64,000 bases of DNA from Raillietiella orientalis. Its lineage: Eukaryota. The notes under the pieces were generated by a model, which saw only the letters and a program-made list of their open reading frames with translations, ran no database searches and had not been told where the DNA came from. The position numbers and the translations under genes were made by a program. How positions within the stretch are numbered: position 1 is the first letter of the stretch; each line of letters begins with the position of its first letter. Shown here in pieces: positions 25,030 to 37,399 of this stretch. The stretch is taken from positions 186,001-250,000 of the forward strand of contig JAYWIR010000025.1 in the NCBI GenBank assembly GCA_036172245.1. Reading direction: 5' to 3'.

Positions 25030-27580
25030 AGCCGCGGCGCACTCCTGCAAGCGGGGGGCGCGCCACCGTGGACGCTATCGCGGAGCGCATGCGCATGCGA
25101 GCTGGGTTTTGGGTTCGCTGCGCTTTCCTACCTGCTGGACCGAGTGGGAGTGATGGGGCACCTTGCTCACGGTTCCGCTCGAGGTGCGATCCAGGGATGG
25201 AGGCGACATTCAGGGGGACTCCAAGCGCGCGTTCCCTACGAGAGTCACTTGAGCGGGACACGCAGAGCCATGGCAACAGCAGCAGCAGCAGCCACTCTCC
25301 TGCGTACTGCGTGTGTGGGAGGTTTCTCACCCTTACGTGCAGATGGCGATACGAGGAGCGCTCTCGGTCCGCAGCCACGGTCGCGGAGCCGGAGGGATTC
25401 TGCTTTGGCCTCTTGCCGGGAGCAGAGACGGCAGATAGCGAGACTGCGGTGACCCTGGTGGGCGAGCACCAGCTGGTTCTCTCCTGCAGCTCGTGGATCC
25501 CGTGGGCGGAGCAGAACTGCGGACTTTCGAGCTGAGATCTGATGGGCTTGGACCGGACAGGAAGGCAGGATGAAGGGCTCAAGGCTGTAGGGAGTGGTCG
25601 GAAGGACAGGGTTAGTGGAACACGGCAACACGCGCGTGAGGGGAGGTAGTCATAGTGGAGGGAGATGCGCGCAAGAAAGCTGGATGCACTCTTGTAGGGG
25701 TGAGGACCGGACCCCTGGTTTTTCCGCGGGGGCGGTCTCGCGGCTTCCGGCTTTCAGAGACCCGAAGGGCGGACTCACCTCCCTTGCGAAACACGCGAGA
25801 CCCCGTAGCGCACCTGAGGGCACGGGGTAGCTCCCTCCCCTGCCATTGGAAGAGCGGCGGTGAGCAGCGCCGGATGGAGACTTCGACAGTTTCCTGCAAG
25901 GATTCTCCCCGGTCACTATAGAGCTGTCGTGAGCAGCATGAGGAGTCAAAGGGCTAGACTGGTCTCCGGGAGCAGCGCGGCACTGGAAGCCCGTCGCAGC
26001 TCGAAAGCGGCCGGGTCCGGGTTCTTTGCGTAAGACTGGGGCCGAACGGTAGCGCTCTTTAGTGCCCCGGAGCGCTCGCGAGCATTCAAGCTCGCACCGA
26101 CTTGCCTCAACTCAAGGAGTAGGGGAAGGGGGGAAGGCAGAGGACTCCCACGTCTACCGGCGGGCGGCACCTCCCCTCAGCTACGGGAAAGAGGAGGGGG
26201 AGGAGCCGAAGGAGAGATGTTCGGTGAGTCAGTGCCTCCGACTCGCTCGCTCGTCCGTCATGACCCTGTCGGTGGGTTCGGGCGCACCTCCCTTCCCTCT
26301 TTCTTTTTCTCGGAACAGGCTGCTGCTTTTCTGCCCAGAGCGTTGCCATTCGTTGCCGGATGCTGACGCTACCTGAAAGGATGAACTCTCCTTGGCAACA
26401 GAGGACTCGCTTTGGTATGCCGCGCTCCGTTGCTGTGATACCGTCCCAACTTTAGCGAGGTAATCAACACCTCCTACAGCTCGTAATCATAAGCGCATCC
26501 TTCGGGATCTCCGGGAGCATAGAGAATCCCTCAGACCCGCCAGTTCCCTCCTCCATTACTCCCCGTTTCCTCCAAGATCCCTCTCCATCCTGGAAGGGAC
26601 GCGAGGACCGGAGAGGACTCTCCACCTCCCTTCGGGAGGGCTCCGGGCTGATCGCTGATTCTCCTGCCGGCCATGAGTGACCCACCTCCTGCCAGCCATG
26701 GGATCGCAAACATCCTTCCGCGGTCAAGCCAGGCATCCCAAGAGTGTGAACACTGCCCGCATACCTAACAGAGATCACGGTCGGCGCCCCAGTGGCTCTT
26801 TTGAAGGGAGGGAAAACCGGAATTCGGCTTTGGAGAGGTTCGAGAGAGACAGAAAAAGGGGAGGGAAGGCGATTTTGCACGAGGCGGGACCACAGAGACG
26901 CATGGCTCTGTGGTCCCGCCTCGTCCTCCTGCCCTCCTCCTGTTTTCACCTACGCGGATATCCCGAACGCCGCCACGCCCACCGGCGAAGAGTGAAAAAG
27001 GAAGGTCAAGTTCGTGGCATCTTCCCCGTTTGGCCGACCAGGGATTTTCCGCTTTCTCGCGGATACGGGAGCGACCCCAGCGCCGGGGAGCACCCGCCCA
27101 AGGCACCCGATCCTCCAACGCTCACGCGGTGGGCAGGCGGAGTGGTGAATCGACCACGAGGATCCACTCCCTCAGCATCTCTCGTGAGATCCGCGCCCTC
27201 TGAGAGGGACCTTCCGCCGCTGCGCCGCCGCGGAAGATCCGCACCCCTTTCGCCGCGTAGCTGCAAGGGCGCTCCGCTGGGAAGTGAGCTGCGCGAAGGT
27301 GAGGTCGGCAGGGATGGACCGAGAAGGCTCATCCCGGGATGCGCCACCGGAAAGCCCACTGTGCCGCGCCACTGAGAAGTGCACGAAAACGGCCGAGACA
27401 AATAGGTCACGGCACACTTCCGCTCGACATCATCCCGAGGTTCCCATCGAAGTTTCCCCAGGGTTCCCTGTATGGCTCACTTCACGCCTTCCTTTCGATT
27501 CCCGGTTCCGGTGATGTTCCCGAACCTCCCCGTCTCAAACACATCCAGCCGCCCACTCAGAACGAATGGAGTCCATGGTA
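25030..27580 (-). mobile_element. GC-rich, decayed Tx1/L1-type ORF1 (gag-like) region
   Basis: ORF 26464-26949 contains PTVISVRYAG...GMPGLTAEGCLRSHGWQEVGH (GQP..C..C.E.GH-like), followed by low-complexity P/S/R-rich frames. Confidence 0.45.
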
Positions 27581-27699
27581 GAGTGGGTCCAGCCACCCCC
27601 CGGAACGAAACGTAGTAGCTCCAGCTTCAATGAAGACACAACCGGGCAGGAGGGCAAGCGAATGGAGGGGAATTTCCTATCCGGTCACGCTAGGGCATT

Positions 27700-30600
27700 T
27701 ATTTAATAAGAGGAAACTAAAAAGGCTGAGAACCGCATTCCGAGACAACAGAGGTTCAAGGAAAGGATCCGCCGACACGCAGATCGGAACCCCTTAAGAT
27801 AGAGAACGGGAGGATGAGAACAATAAATAAATAAAGGAAGGGTTGGGTCTTTGGCGTCGCTACTTCTTGATAAATAAAACCAGGAAAGAGCCTCAGCGAT
27901 TGAGAGGGAAGAATATAAATAAGGGTTGAGTGGGGAGAGATAGATGTTATGGTGTCTCCTGGTTCCTTTCTTAGAGAGCCAGCGCTCTACTCTTTGACTT
28001 GCTCTTGCAGGTGAGGTGGCCCAGCAGCCGTCCTCATGCTGGCGGCTGTCATACGGGTGGCCTCTTTTTGCTGCGTCCGAGACTCCAGCACATTGCGGGC
28101 TGCAACGGTGTCGCAGACTCAACACCGCCGCGACCGCTGCTCCAGCCGGGAGTCCGCCACGCGAGAACTGCCGCGGCAGGTCCCGGGCGGTGATCCCGTA
28201 TCGCCGGAGCTCCGAGGTGAGGCTTTTCTATCATCACAGTTCTTGGGGGGAGCCGCAGTGCGATAGTGGGCGTGGGGTCGACTGCACCGACCCACATCAG
28301 TCGAAGTTCGGGGATGCAGCTTCCCCGGAAACGAGGTACCATCTCTGGCTACGCCCCAATGCGGAAGCAGCAGCAGCACTTCGCGCTTCCGCTTTCGAGG
28401 AAACACGGAGGTGTTCCATCACGGAGGGCAGACCACGAGTTCTCCGGGGTGCACACTTCACTGCCGGCTCCACCGACTCAGCCCCTTCGCCATGGTGCGT
28501 GGAGCGGCGGCATCCGCCAACTCGCGCATCTTCCAAGCTCCAAGGATTTTCGTCTTTCCTGCAGTAGCGTAGGGGAACTCGGATCCCGTCGGCGGGAAAC
28601 CGTATTCGTGTGCGATGAGGGCAGACCGCGCTGCAGCAGGTGTTATGATGGCCAGGATCCATCCTTCGTCGAGTCCTGCATCAGTTACTCCAAAGAATGG
28701 CTGAGGAAATGGCTCAGGGGGGGGAACAGGGAATCCGTGCAGTGCGGAGCGGCGGCCTCGAATTCCGAGGGTTTCCGCAAGACAGCAACGGGAGAAAGGA
28801 GTGGGAGGAGGTTACTGGTCCGTCCGCGGTTGCCCCGAGTCCTCTGCTTCTGAGGCCATCGGGAGCCACGTCGCCGCAGCAGGGAGCCGAGCATTGCGCC
28901 CGGCTGGGTAGAGAACGCGCGCCCTCCTCGCTAACCTTGGAGACCGCCCCTGCTCTTAGGGGGAACGAGATTGCCAAGGGGGAGTGTGGTCGCAGAGGTC
29001 GGCGTCCTTCTGAGAGGGCCGTCCAGGGGGGCTGTTGCTCTCCGACCCTGAGGGCCAGCGGTGACACTGCAGATGGTGATGAGCACGGAGAGCCTCTGGC
29101 GCACTCCGGGAGCGGTGCGGAAGGGTGCCCGCGATGCGTCTCGCTCCGGAGGTGTCCTCATCCCCGTGGAGGCGTCCCTTTTTCCCTCGGAAACCCGGTG
29201 GACTGCCAGGAAGGTGGCCGCAGTGTTCTGGTAGGGCAAAGGAAGGAAGGACGGAAGCGGTTTGCACGGGAAGGACCGAAAGAAAATCTTCCCATCCTGG
29301 GGAGGGGAGCAGTAGAGCCGAGCCTCCATAGTCGCAGCCTTTTCCTCGTGGGTTTCCTGGTCATCTTTCTGAAATGAGGTCAGTAGAATACTTGCGAAGT
29401 TATAGAGGACGCGTGGCATTCAGAAACCGGAGGGATGACCTCATTGTGGATAGAATTCAGGGGAAGTGGAGGGAGGGTCAATAAGTAAATGAATGGGTGA
29501 CGAAACGGAAGGAATACCCTTGGAAGTCGTGGGAAGCAAGAAGGGAAGATGTGCTAACCTGGTTCCCAAATCAGTCCATGATTGCTCTGAGTCACCTTCC
29601 GCGCCTGCTGCCGGCCGGCGCCAGCTAGGTGCGCGTTGCATGGGCTCCTCCGAACGGACTTCCGGATGTCATGGCGGCGCTCTCTGAGGTGAGCTCGCAT
29701 CCCTTCCGACGCTGCCAGAGCAAATGACGCGGCCAGTAGGGCCGGACGAGTAAGCGTCCTCCTCCCACGATCTCGGGCGGAATCGAAGATGGCTGGACGA
29801 CGTACTCCTCCACCTGCAGTGCGGGTCCCAAGAGAACGCAACTCTCCTGGGAGGAGAGAGGCTTGGAAGACACGGGACGGAATCCATGGACGAGTGCAGG
29901 GCCGACGAGGTCAGCATCCTCTCGAGCGGGTCGTGGGGGTGACCACCAGGGTTGCCGCCTGCATCACCGCGCGTTTGGCTCCCCCACGTCCCAGGGTTAG
30001 CTCAGAGGGGTGGCCGCGGAGCGCACCGTTCCCTCGGAAACCTTCCCCGAGGAGAGCCTCCTGGAGCCGTGACTTCTCCCGTTCCCTAGGACACCCCGGT
30101 GGACCACCAGCGTGGAAGGCAAGTCTCGGAAGAGCGGATGAAGAAAGGAGGGAGGCGGCGACCTGGACCGGAAAGCTTTGCTGGGGACTTCCGGGGCGAT
30201 CCGGGTGTCCTCGCGGGTCCTCAGCTGGGTCTCCGGGAGTCGTTTCCCGGGGCGCGATGACCAGCCAAGGCGAACTCCGAGATCGCGCAGGTCACCACCC
30301 CACCCTCACATTGCTGAGAAATCCACCACCTATGCTTCCCTAGAGATAGGTGGAGTGGATGCGCACGGTGCCGGCGATGACTTGGAGGCGATGACCCCGG
30401 AGGAGGACTCGTGTCCTCCGGCATCTCGCCGAGTGGCGCCAGAATCGCACCGGGACCGGCGAGCGTGGATGGCCTTCCTACGCGTCCACAGCTTCCTGCC
30501 CTGGCTGCGTGCGTGGGGAGAGGAAGAAGGACACCGGACAGCAGTCTCGTCACACGCGCGTCTTCGCACTCCGGCTAGTCGGGAAGCGGAGACGAGCTGG

Positions 30601-31600
30601 CGTCCCGTCTCATGCCGAAACTCTTCCAGGAAGGTCGGGTCACGTGAAGGTCATGGGCGGAGCCGAGCTCGGATCTGACGACGTGTCGATAGGCACCTGC
30701 TGTGGTTTGGTTTCCGTTTGTGTTCGCTCCTTTCCTATCCCTTCTCTGGAGTTTTTCGAGAGCTTTGCAGGGGCGGTACCTTCTTTTGCCTTGAGAGTGG
30801 GGGTGGAGGAAAACCAAAAGTCCCGAGTTCTGTGGTAGATAGAGGTCGCAAAGCCAGCTTGGGGCTTAGAGAGATGTCCGGTGCTTCCTATGAAGACGTG
30901 TCAGGACCTCTGTTGAAGAGACCACTCAGCGGCCCCCGCCTGCGACAAGATGCGACCTGACCCCCATTTATCCATTGAAGACGGCGGAAATTTTTCTCCT
31001 CCCACTGTTCGGCAGCATCTCGCGTCGATTTGGGGACGTCAGCAACTTCGGCAGAGGGCCAATTGTGGGGCTGGTGCTGGTCACCCACAGCCTCGAGCGC
31101 GTTGTTCTCGACCTTCTCGCGACGCCTTCAGCCCCTCCTGATGAAGGGCAGCTAGCGGTCTTGTCGCTGTTTCCGGTGTCGCATGTGTCGAAGAAATGTG
31201 GACTCACGCGGTTGACGTGGAGCTTGAAACACCTCCACGGTTGGCCTCTCTTAACGCCACAGGAGGTTCCAGGAACAGCTGCCACATGCGCCGAAGTTCC
31301 GGCACTCGTTAGCAGTGGGACCAGAGTCTTCGGATCTTCGGCCTCATGATCTGCCGGCGCCATCTTCCTGGAGGAGTGCCAGGCAAATTCTTGTGTCCAA
31401 AGAGTCATGAAGCACGTGAAATTTCTTGCCAGGAAAATCTCGGTGCGGAAGGCAGAGCAGGGTGGGATAATGGAACCGAGGAGCGAGGTCAGTGGGTTCA
31501 GCAATCCTCTGAACGGACGGGTGCAACACCTGCTCTCAAGCGTCGTCCATGCACTTCCATACCTTTTGCTGGCTCGTGATCTTCGCCGTGGTGGGATTGA
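27700..31600 (-). mobile_element. Family A L1/Tx1-type LINE, near full-length but internally deleted and decayed
   Basis: In order: ORF1 knuckle RGQPWRCFK (ORF 30968-31504), RRKGCELTS (RQGCPLS-like, ~29700), PFIYL (~29490), PRVLYNF and LYCSPPQDG (ORF 28931-29419), knuckle remnant ESVEPAVKC (~28470), then an AT-rich 3' UTR ending near 27700. Confidence 0.7.
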
Positions 31601-31699
31601 TCACTGCATTCCGTGAATTGACTGTCCTGTGAATGCAGCATCTTAAAGTGCATCCTTTCTTCCTTCTTCAAGAGCTCAGCTTGCATGCAGGAGATTCCG

Positions 31700-34120
31700 A
31701 GCTGCTCGGCACTGCTCCCTCCCCAGAATCCTGGTCTCCTCAGAAATCATGAGAAAAGTGCTCGCACCGAAGCAGGTATCCTTCTGGAGGAGCACCCATA
31801 GTCCCAGACAAAGAGCAGTCAGAGCATGGTATTTTTACTGTTCCGTTCTTCTGTCTCGTTTGCATCAGCGCCATCGGCGATGCCTCGCAAGAGCAGGCGA
31901 CCTGGAGAGCAATGGTTTCACCCTTATCTTAGAGCACCAGCCCGGGAAAGGGTTCTGAACCAACCCTTTCAGAGTTGGATCGAGGGAGGCTACCAGGCTC
32001 CGCTGTTTTTACTTCATTCTCTTAATTTTTCCCGCTACATGTCACGTCTCCTGGTCATGGAGCACAGGAGTTACTTACATGACTAGTGAGAGTGTGAGGG
32101 AGTAACTCTCCCGAAACCACTTTCTTTATTCTGCACATGTGGTCCGGACCGCTTCCAGTGAGTGTGGCTCTCACCAATCGGGCTGCGTGCGCTGAATGGG
32201 CCTCGGGAGAATCTCTGGGGCTCATCGATGAACAGGAAGTAGATTGATGGCTCTGCACGATACTGTCCAGCAGGGTCCAGCGCAGTACGTGACCCCTCCT
32301 TTGCCTTGTGATGTTCCTCTACAAGAGGGTGGAAAGCTATGATTCCCTGTGCTGAGCCTTGCAACAGATAAAGGTGGATTTTCTTATTAGATTGTGATGG
32401 CACACGAACACTTTGGAGGTCATCTTGAGCCCTTTCTGTTTGAACATCCTTTGCGCCCGCGAATGCTTCCGATGCTTGATGACTCACTGCTTATGAGCTG
32501 CTTGTGGCATCGCTTCTGCTGCTAGATTTCCTGGCGTCCTCACCAGCTTAGTCTCCTCAGTTCTTCACCTGGAGGTGACTATCGGAATCCCTTGTTTACT
32601 GTCGCTCGTGGATTCTCGAAGTCAGTCCCTGTCGAGTTGGATGCATTTCGGCTCTGACACTTCCAAGGAGCAACCGAGGCTGCTTTTCTTCACCTAGCGT
32701 AGCGGCGGCTTCATGCAGCTATGAACCAAAGCACCTTCAACTTTCATCCGACCTGTTACATGGCTATATTCCGTTCGGGGGGTCATCAGGCTAGCAGCTC
32801 AACACTGACGAAGAAGCCCAGTTCCAAAGGCAAGTCCCTGGGATCATCGTTGAGGGAGGTAAAGGAGACGTGCTCTCGAGAACCTGCTTCCGACGCTTCA
32901 AAACTCTGTTGTGAATGGTTACCTTAATTTCATTGGTCTTTCCGTTTGAGACCTCAAGGCGTGAGCAGAGTTTCTGGCGTGCTTCTGCGGTGAAGATGTC
33001 CAGTCGCTTGGGAAGTTCTTCCCAGAGCGTCAAGGGGTCTGCGGCAAGGATGAGGGAGCTTTTGTCAGCTGCAGCGACAACAACTTGAGCGAGACGCCCA
33101 TCCCGACGGTAATAAGCCGGCACTCGAAGAGGCAGCGACGAAGAAGCGAGGTTTCGAGATTGAAAACCCGTGCTCCAGAACCAGCATCGCCGCGTGGCCT
33201 TCAGCTGCGCGGATTCGCTCAGAACCACGCAGGAAGGAAGGGAAGGGAAGGACTCCGATCATCTATTGACTGCTGCCTTCCCGAATTTTGCGCTGACGAA
33301 ACAGAGTTCCAGGAATCAGCAGCCACATTCCTCTTGGGCAAACTGCGACGCGGGTTTCGAATACTCGGAAAGAATCGACTCCGAGACATGGGTGCGTTCG
33401 AGTTTCTCTTGAAAGATGACTCTGGTTGGCCTCACTCGGGTGCGGCACCGGTAGCGGTTCAAGCCTCTCGGTGAGTGGCCGGGATTGGGAGTCTACCTTC
33501 CGACGTCCTTCCAGGCAACAGAATCAAGGAGTCCGGTTCCATCCGGGGTATCCCTCCGGTTCTGCAAAGGAGCGGACCCCCTTCAGGGGGTACCCTCGGT
33601 CTCTTACCATGGAGCTGGAGGATTGAGAATGTCTCTCCAAAGAGTGCAGAGAAGCGTGCCGATCCCTTCGGAGAGAAAATGTCTGGAAGCGTCCCTTCGA
33701 AGTTCTCTTCAGAGGAGCAAACAGGGGCGGTTTTCTTGCGGGTTCCCTCTGGAGAAGAAATTCCTAATGACGGATCCTTTCCGGGTTCCCATCGGAGAAG
33801 CAAATGAGAAGCGGCCCCTTCTGTGGGGTCCTTCCGGAGGGAATATGGAAGAGGTTCCCTTCGGGGATCCCTCCCCAGGAGTGAGAGGAACAAACTCCCT
33901 TCTCTGGAGCAATTCCTGGATTCATGGAGTGGCTCCCTCGCGGGGTACCTCCTATCTTGAAGAATTACACTCACCCTCGTGTGACGTGAAGCAGCGTTAA
34001 AGAGCTGCGTGAGCGTCCGCCAGGCGTGCGACGGTTCTTGAGGGACTCAGCGAACCAAAAGGAGCTGAAATGAGAACAGCGAAGACAGAAAAGAACCCAA
34101 GAGGATTTCCATCAGATGGA
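31700..34120 (+). mobile_element. Family B copy 2, with longer upstream decayed LINE sequence
   Basis: 33370-34120 aligns with the other family B copies. Upstream EN/RT-like motifs are weak. Confidence 0.6.
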
Positions 34121-36133
34121 AACAAGATGCTCCGGGAATTCCTTCCTTCCTTTCTTTCTCCGCTCCTACGTTTTCTGGCAAGGGACCGCAGCTCCTCGGA
34201 GCATTCCTTCAGGGGGTCACTTTGAACGTCCCTGAGACCTCCAGCTGACGATTCGGTTCGACTGCTCCGTGCGCTGAGTAGACCGCCAGCACAAATTCCG
34301 GTTACCACGTGCCAGGTGGAGCAGCGTGCACGGACCGAATCCTCATCCTCGCCATTCTCGTGTTCGCTTAGCGACGGAGGATGCTCCTGACAAAGAAAGA
34401 TCAAGGAGGTGCTTTAGGAGAACTCCATGCTTGAGAATTCATTTTCACATGCATACATTCACATTGGTTTGTGCAGTTTTTTGTTTTCTTTTCTGCCGTT
34501 TCGCACTGGTTGAGCTCGAAAAGTTGCAGCATCCCCTAGGGCTGTTCTTCACCCTTATGCAGAGGCGTGAAGTTTTAAAAGGTGGACGCTGAAAAGGTAA
34601 AGAGTTCCTCCCTAAAGTATGGCGCACCCTTACTGAGGAGGAAGAAGGAAATGATCACGGAGGCGCGCTGTAGAGCCGACGCGCTTCAGGGAGTCCGAAT
34701 CACGGGGAGATGGGACCATCACGTGTCTGGAACTTCCTGCTAGCTGCTTCGGGGAGGGGGAAATGTGATGCAGCGGCAGCTCAAATCGATTCGGTAACTC
34801 GGGAGACGGACGCTCCTCATGGGAAACAAAATAGCTCATAATCTCGAGGAATAATCGAAATCTCATTAGTGAACGAGTTGATACGTGAGCGAATGCCACG
34901 GAGGCGTCTGGAAGAACAGGAAGAGAGCCAGGGCGCTGGGGAGGATAACGACCTATCAGAACAGCGGAACGATTGTGGCGTGCGCGGCTGGCATGAGGGC
35001 TTAACGCAGTGACGCGAGATGCATGGAGGGGGTGCAACCAGAAGTTCGGCATCGAAAATAACACAACAGAAATAACACGCCGGAGGAAATCACGCAACCA
35101 CTTAAAGAGCTCTCAACTTGAACAGCTCCCGGCTCGTACTCAGAATCCAGGAATCCAGCAGGAAAAAAAGGAAAGGGAGGGGGGGGGGGAAGGAAGTGGT
35201 ACACAGAGACAGAATGCGTATTATTTGAACGTCGGCAGAGATGAAGTCGAAGAACAAAGACCGCAATACCCGATTCCAAGAAAAGGGCAGTAGCAAATTG
35301 GAGTAGAGACCCATAAACACAATGGAAGATCCAATTATTGTCGCAAACTGAATTTTGGAGCGGAACTTCGAAAGGGAACCTCCAGCAATATGAGAATCTT
35401 CCCGGCCATGAGAATAATTTCGCACGCTCTTCCGCTAACCAGCGAAACACCTCTTAACGAAATGCTGGGTTTCTCGGACGCAGCGGATACATGAGAAGAT
35501 GAACTGCTGAAATCCTTAAAAAGTAATTCATGCGCTTCTATTGACATGCATTGATGAGCTGTTGCATCGCTTTTAGGGGGGGCTTTACCTTTCAGGAGAT
35601 TCTCAGAACCAACTGCGTTCATTCGATGTTGTAAAAGATGACTTCTCAATGGAATGAAGTGCACTTGGAGGGACTTTTCAAAAGAAGAGGCCTGAAGGAC
35701 AGAATAGAATCCTTAGAAATTTGAAAAAAAAATGCATATGAGAAGGCATATTCACGCTATTTATCTTCTATTTTTGGAAGGACAGGTAGGTTGATAACCG
35801 GGAGAAGCCAATTCGGATGCACCGCCTTCACAAACACACGCAGATCCTACATCGGTCAGTGAGGAAAGCAAAGAGTTTCTCTCTTCTGGGAACGGAACGT
35901 AAGCGAAGCAATCTTAGGACATCAGACGCAAAGAAAAGGCCAAGTGCAAGTGCGATCATTAATAAAAAAGCAAAGAGGAAAAACGATCCACATCATATGA
36001 GAACCGCAGGTGGGGTGGAACGAATTCAACTGGCTTCAGAAGAAGCTCATCTTGTAACTACTTCAATAAGGCAGGTGGATCCTAAAGTCCTCTGAGGATG
36101 GCCTGGCCTCAGTATCTGCAGAGGCACCTTATT

Positions 36134-36160
36134 ATCGCTTCTCGGCCTCTTGGCTGAGAT
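36134..36160 (+). ncRNA. U2: U2 snRNA 5' fragment (nt 1-27), disrupted gene
   Basis: ATCGCTTCTCGGCCTCTTGGCTGAGAT versus metazoan U2 ATCGCTTCTCGGCCTTTTGGCTAAGAT: 25/27 identical, beginning exactly at U2 nt 1. Confidence 0.82.
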
Positions 36161-36665
36161 GGAAAGTACTTTCTGAAAACCAGCGCGTGCCTGGAACAGT
36201 CCAACCCACGCCCGGACCTCATGATGCAGGAAGGCAACCGTGTGGTCGTCCTGGATGCCGCCTGTCCGCCTGAGAGCAAGGAGGAAGTGTTCATTAAAGC
36301 CAAACGAGAAAAACAACCTAAGTATCAAAATACTGCTTAATCACATGACAAGAAGTGGATCAACCACCAAGGTTCGGACCCTAATTGTGGGCTCTCTTGG
36401 TATCTGGGACCCGATGAACGATGGTATCCTACGAAACTTGGGAATTCCATCAGGATGCTCTGAAAGAATAAGACGTCTCATGGTTGCTTCGTGTATCCGG
36501 AGTGGCCATGATGTTTATTGGACCCGCAGACCAGGACACCCTCTAGACAACGCTGTCCAACTGAAGAAAGGTGTAGCTGGAATGCAACCGAGGAGTAACT
36601 GATCGACAGATACAGTGTCACTCAGAAGATCCGGAAACGTCATCGCCCTATGCCGTAGAAAGGCT
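36157..36665 (+). mobile_element. 5'-truncated RLE-type non-LTR retrotransposon (NeSL clade, Utopia-like), frameshifted
   Basis: Across two frameshifts: RWKVLSENQRVPGT / RPDLMMQEGNRVVVLDAACPPE...KREKQPKY / LIVGSLGIWDPMND...RLMVASCIR. This is the PD..D..K..KY restriction-like endonuclease plus the GSLG.W motif. Stop at 36600-36602. Confidence 0.88.
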
Positions 36666-36703
36666 GCGTAGATGCGTTTATTATCTATTTATTATCTATA
36701 CGT
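36666..36703 (+). ncRNA. Probable degenerate continuation of U2 snRNA (about nt 31-69)
   Basis: GCGTAGATGCGTTTATTATCTATTTATTATCTATACGT aligns with U2 GTGTAGTATCTGTTCTTATCAGTTTAATATCTGATACGT at about 30/40 columns with 3 gaps. AT-rich, so less certain. Confidence 0.45.
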
Positions 36704-37399
36704 TTATGCTATTGTGTTTGCTATCTTGTATCACTCCCACATGAGAGGAAATCTGCAACGCGGCAGTGGGACTGAAATCGCCGGCAGAGGTAAAACGTGC
36801 CGAGGGATTCGAGAAAAGTCAAGCTCACCCGAGCCGGCATCCGATTTCAAGTAGGCTGGCTCTTCTAAAGTCTGAGGTCATCTTACCTGAAATCGGATGA
36901 AAACAAGTATCCTCTTCCTCACTCTACAGAGATATTTGGTATTCTCTGATGCGAAGGAACAGCTGCCTAGGTTATCGGAGCCGACTCGTGGTTTGCCGTT
37001 CTCAGTACGCTGTTTGGGAGTACTCAAAGAACCTGAGCAAAGTGTCAAAGATACCCTAGTGAGCCCTAATGATAGGCTGAGTTCACAGTGCACCAATTTA
37101 CCGTGATTTGCACACGGAACTGTGATTTCGTGCACGGAGTGTTACGGTGATCCCAAGACCCTGAACATAGATAAAGAAATTTCAGTGTATTCTTGCCGCA
37201 GGAAAGCACTTCCTCCGAAGGGATGCTGCATTGAAAGGTACTTCATCTTCCGCCTGGGGTGGGAGCGAAGCAGAGATAGAAAAGGGGATGCCTCGTATGG
37301 CGACATATGCGACATGGCTGTGTAATGCCTGCTTCGTTGAAGTCCTTCGCCGCCCTTGCAAATGACTGGCGTAGAATTTTCGCTTAGTTTGAAGAGATC

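Noticed and set aside
25028..31504. Many overlapping 150-230 aa ORFs
   Set aside because: Expected from GC-rich, stop-poor decayed retroelement DNA; not host genes.
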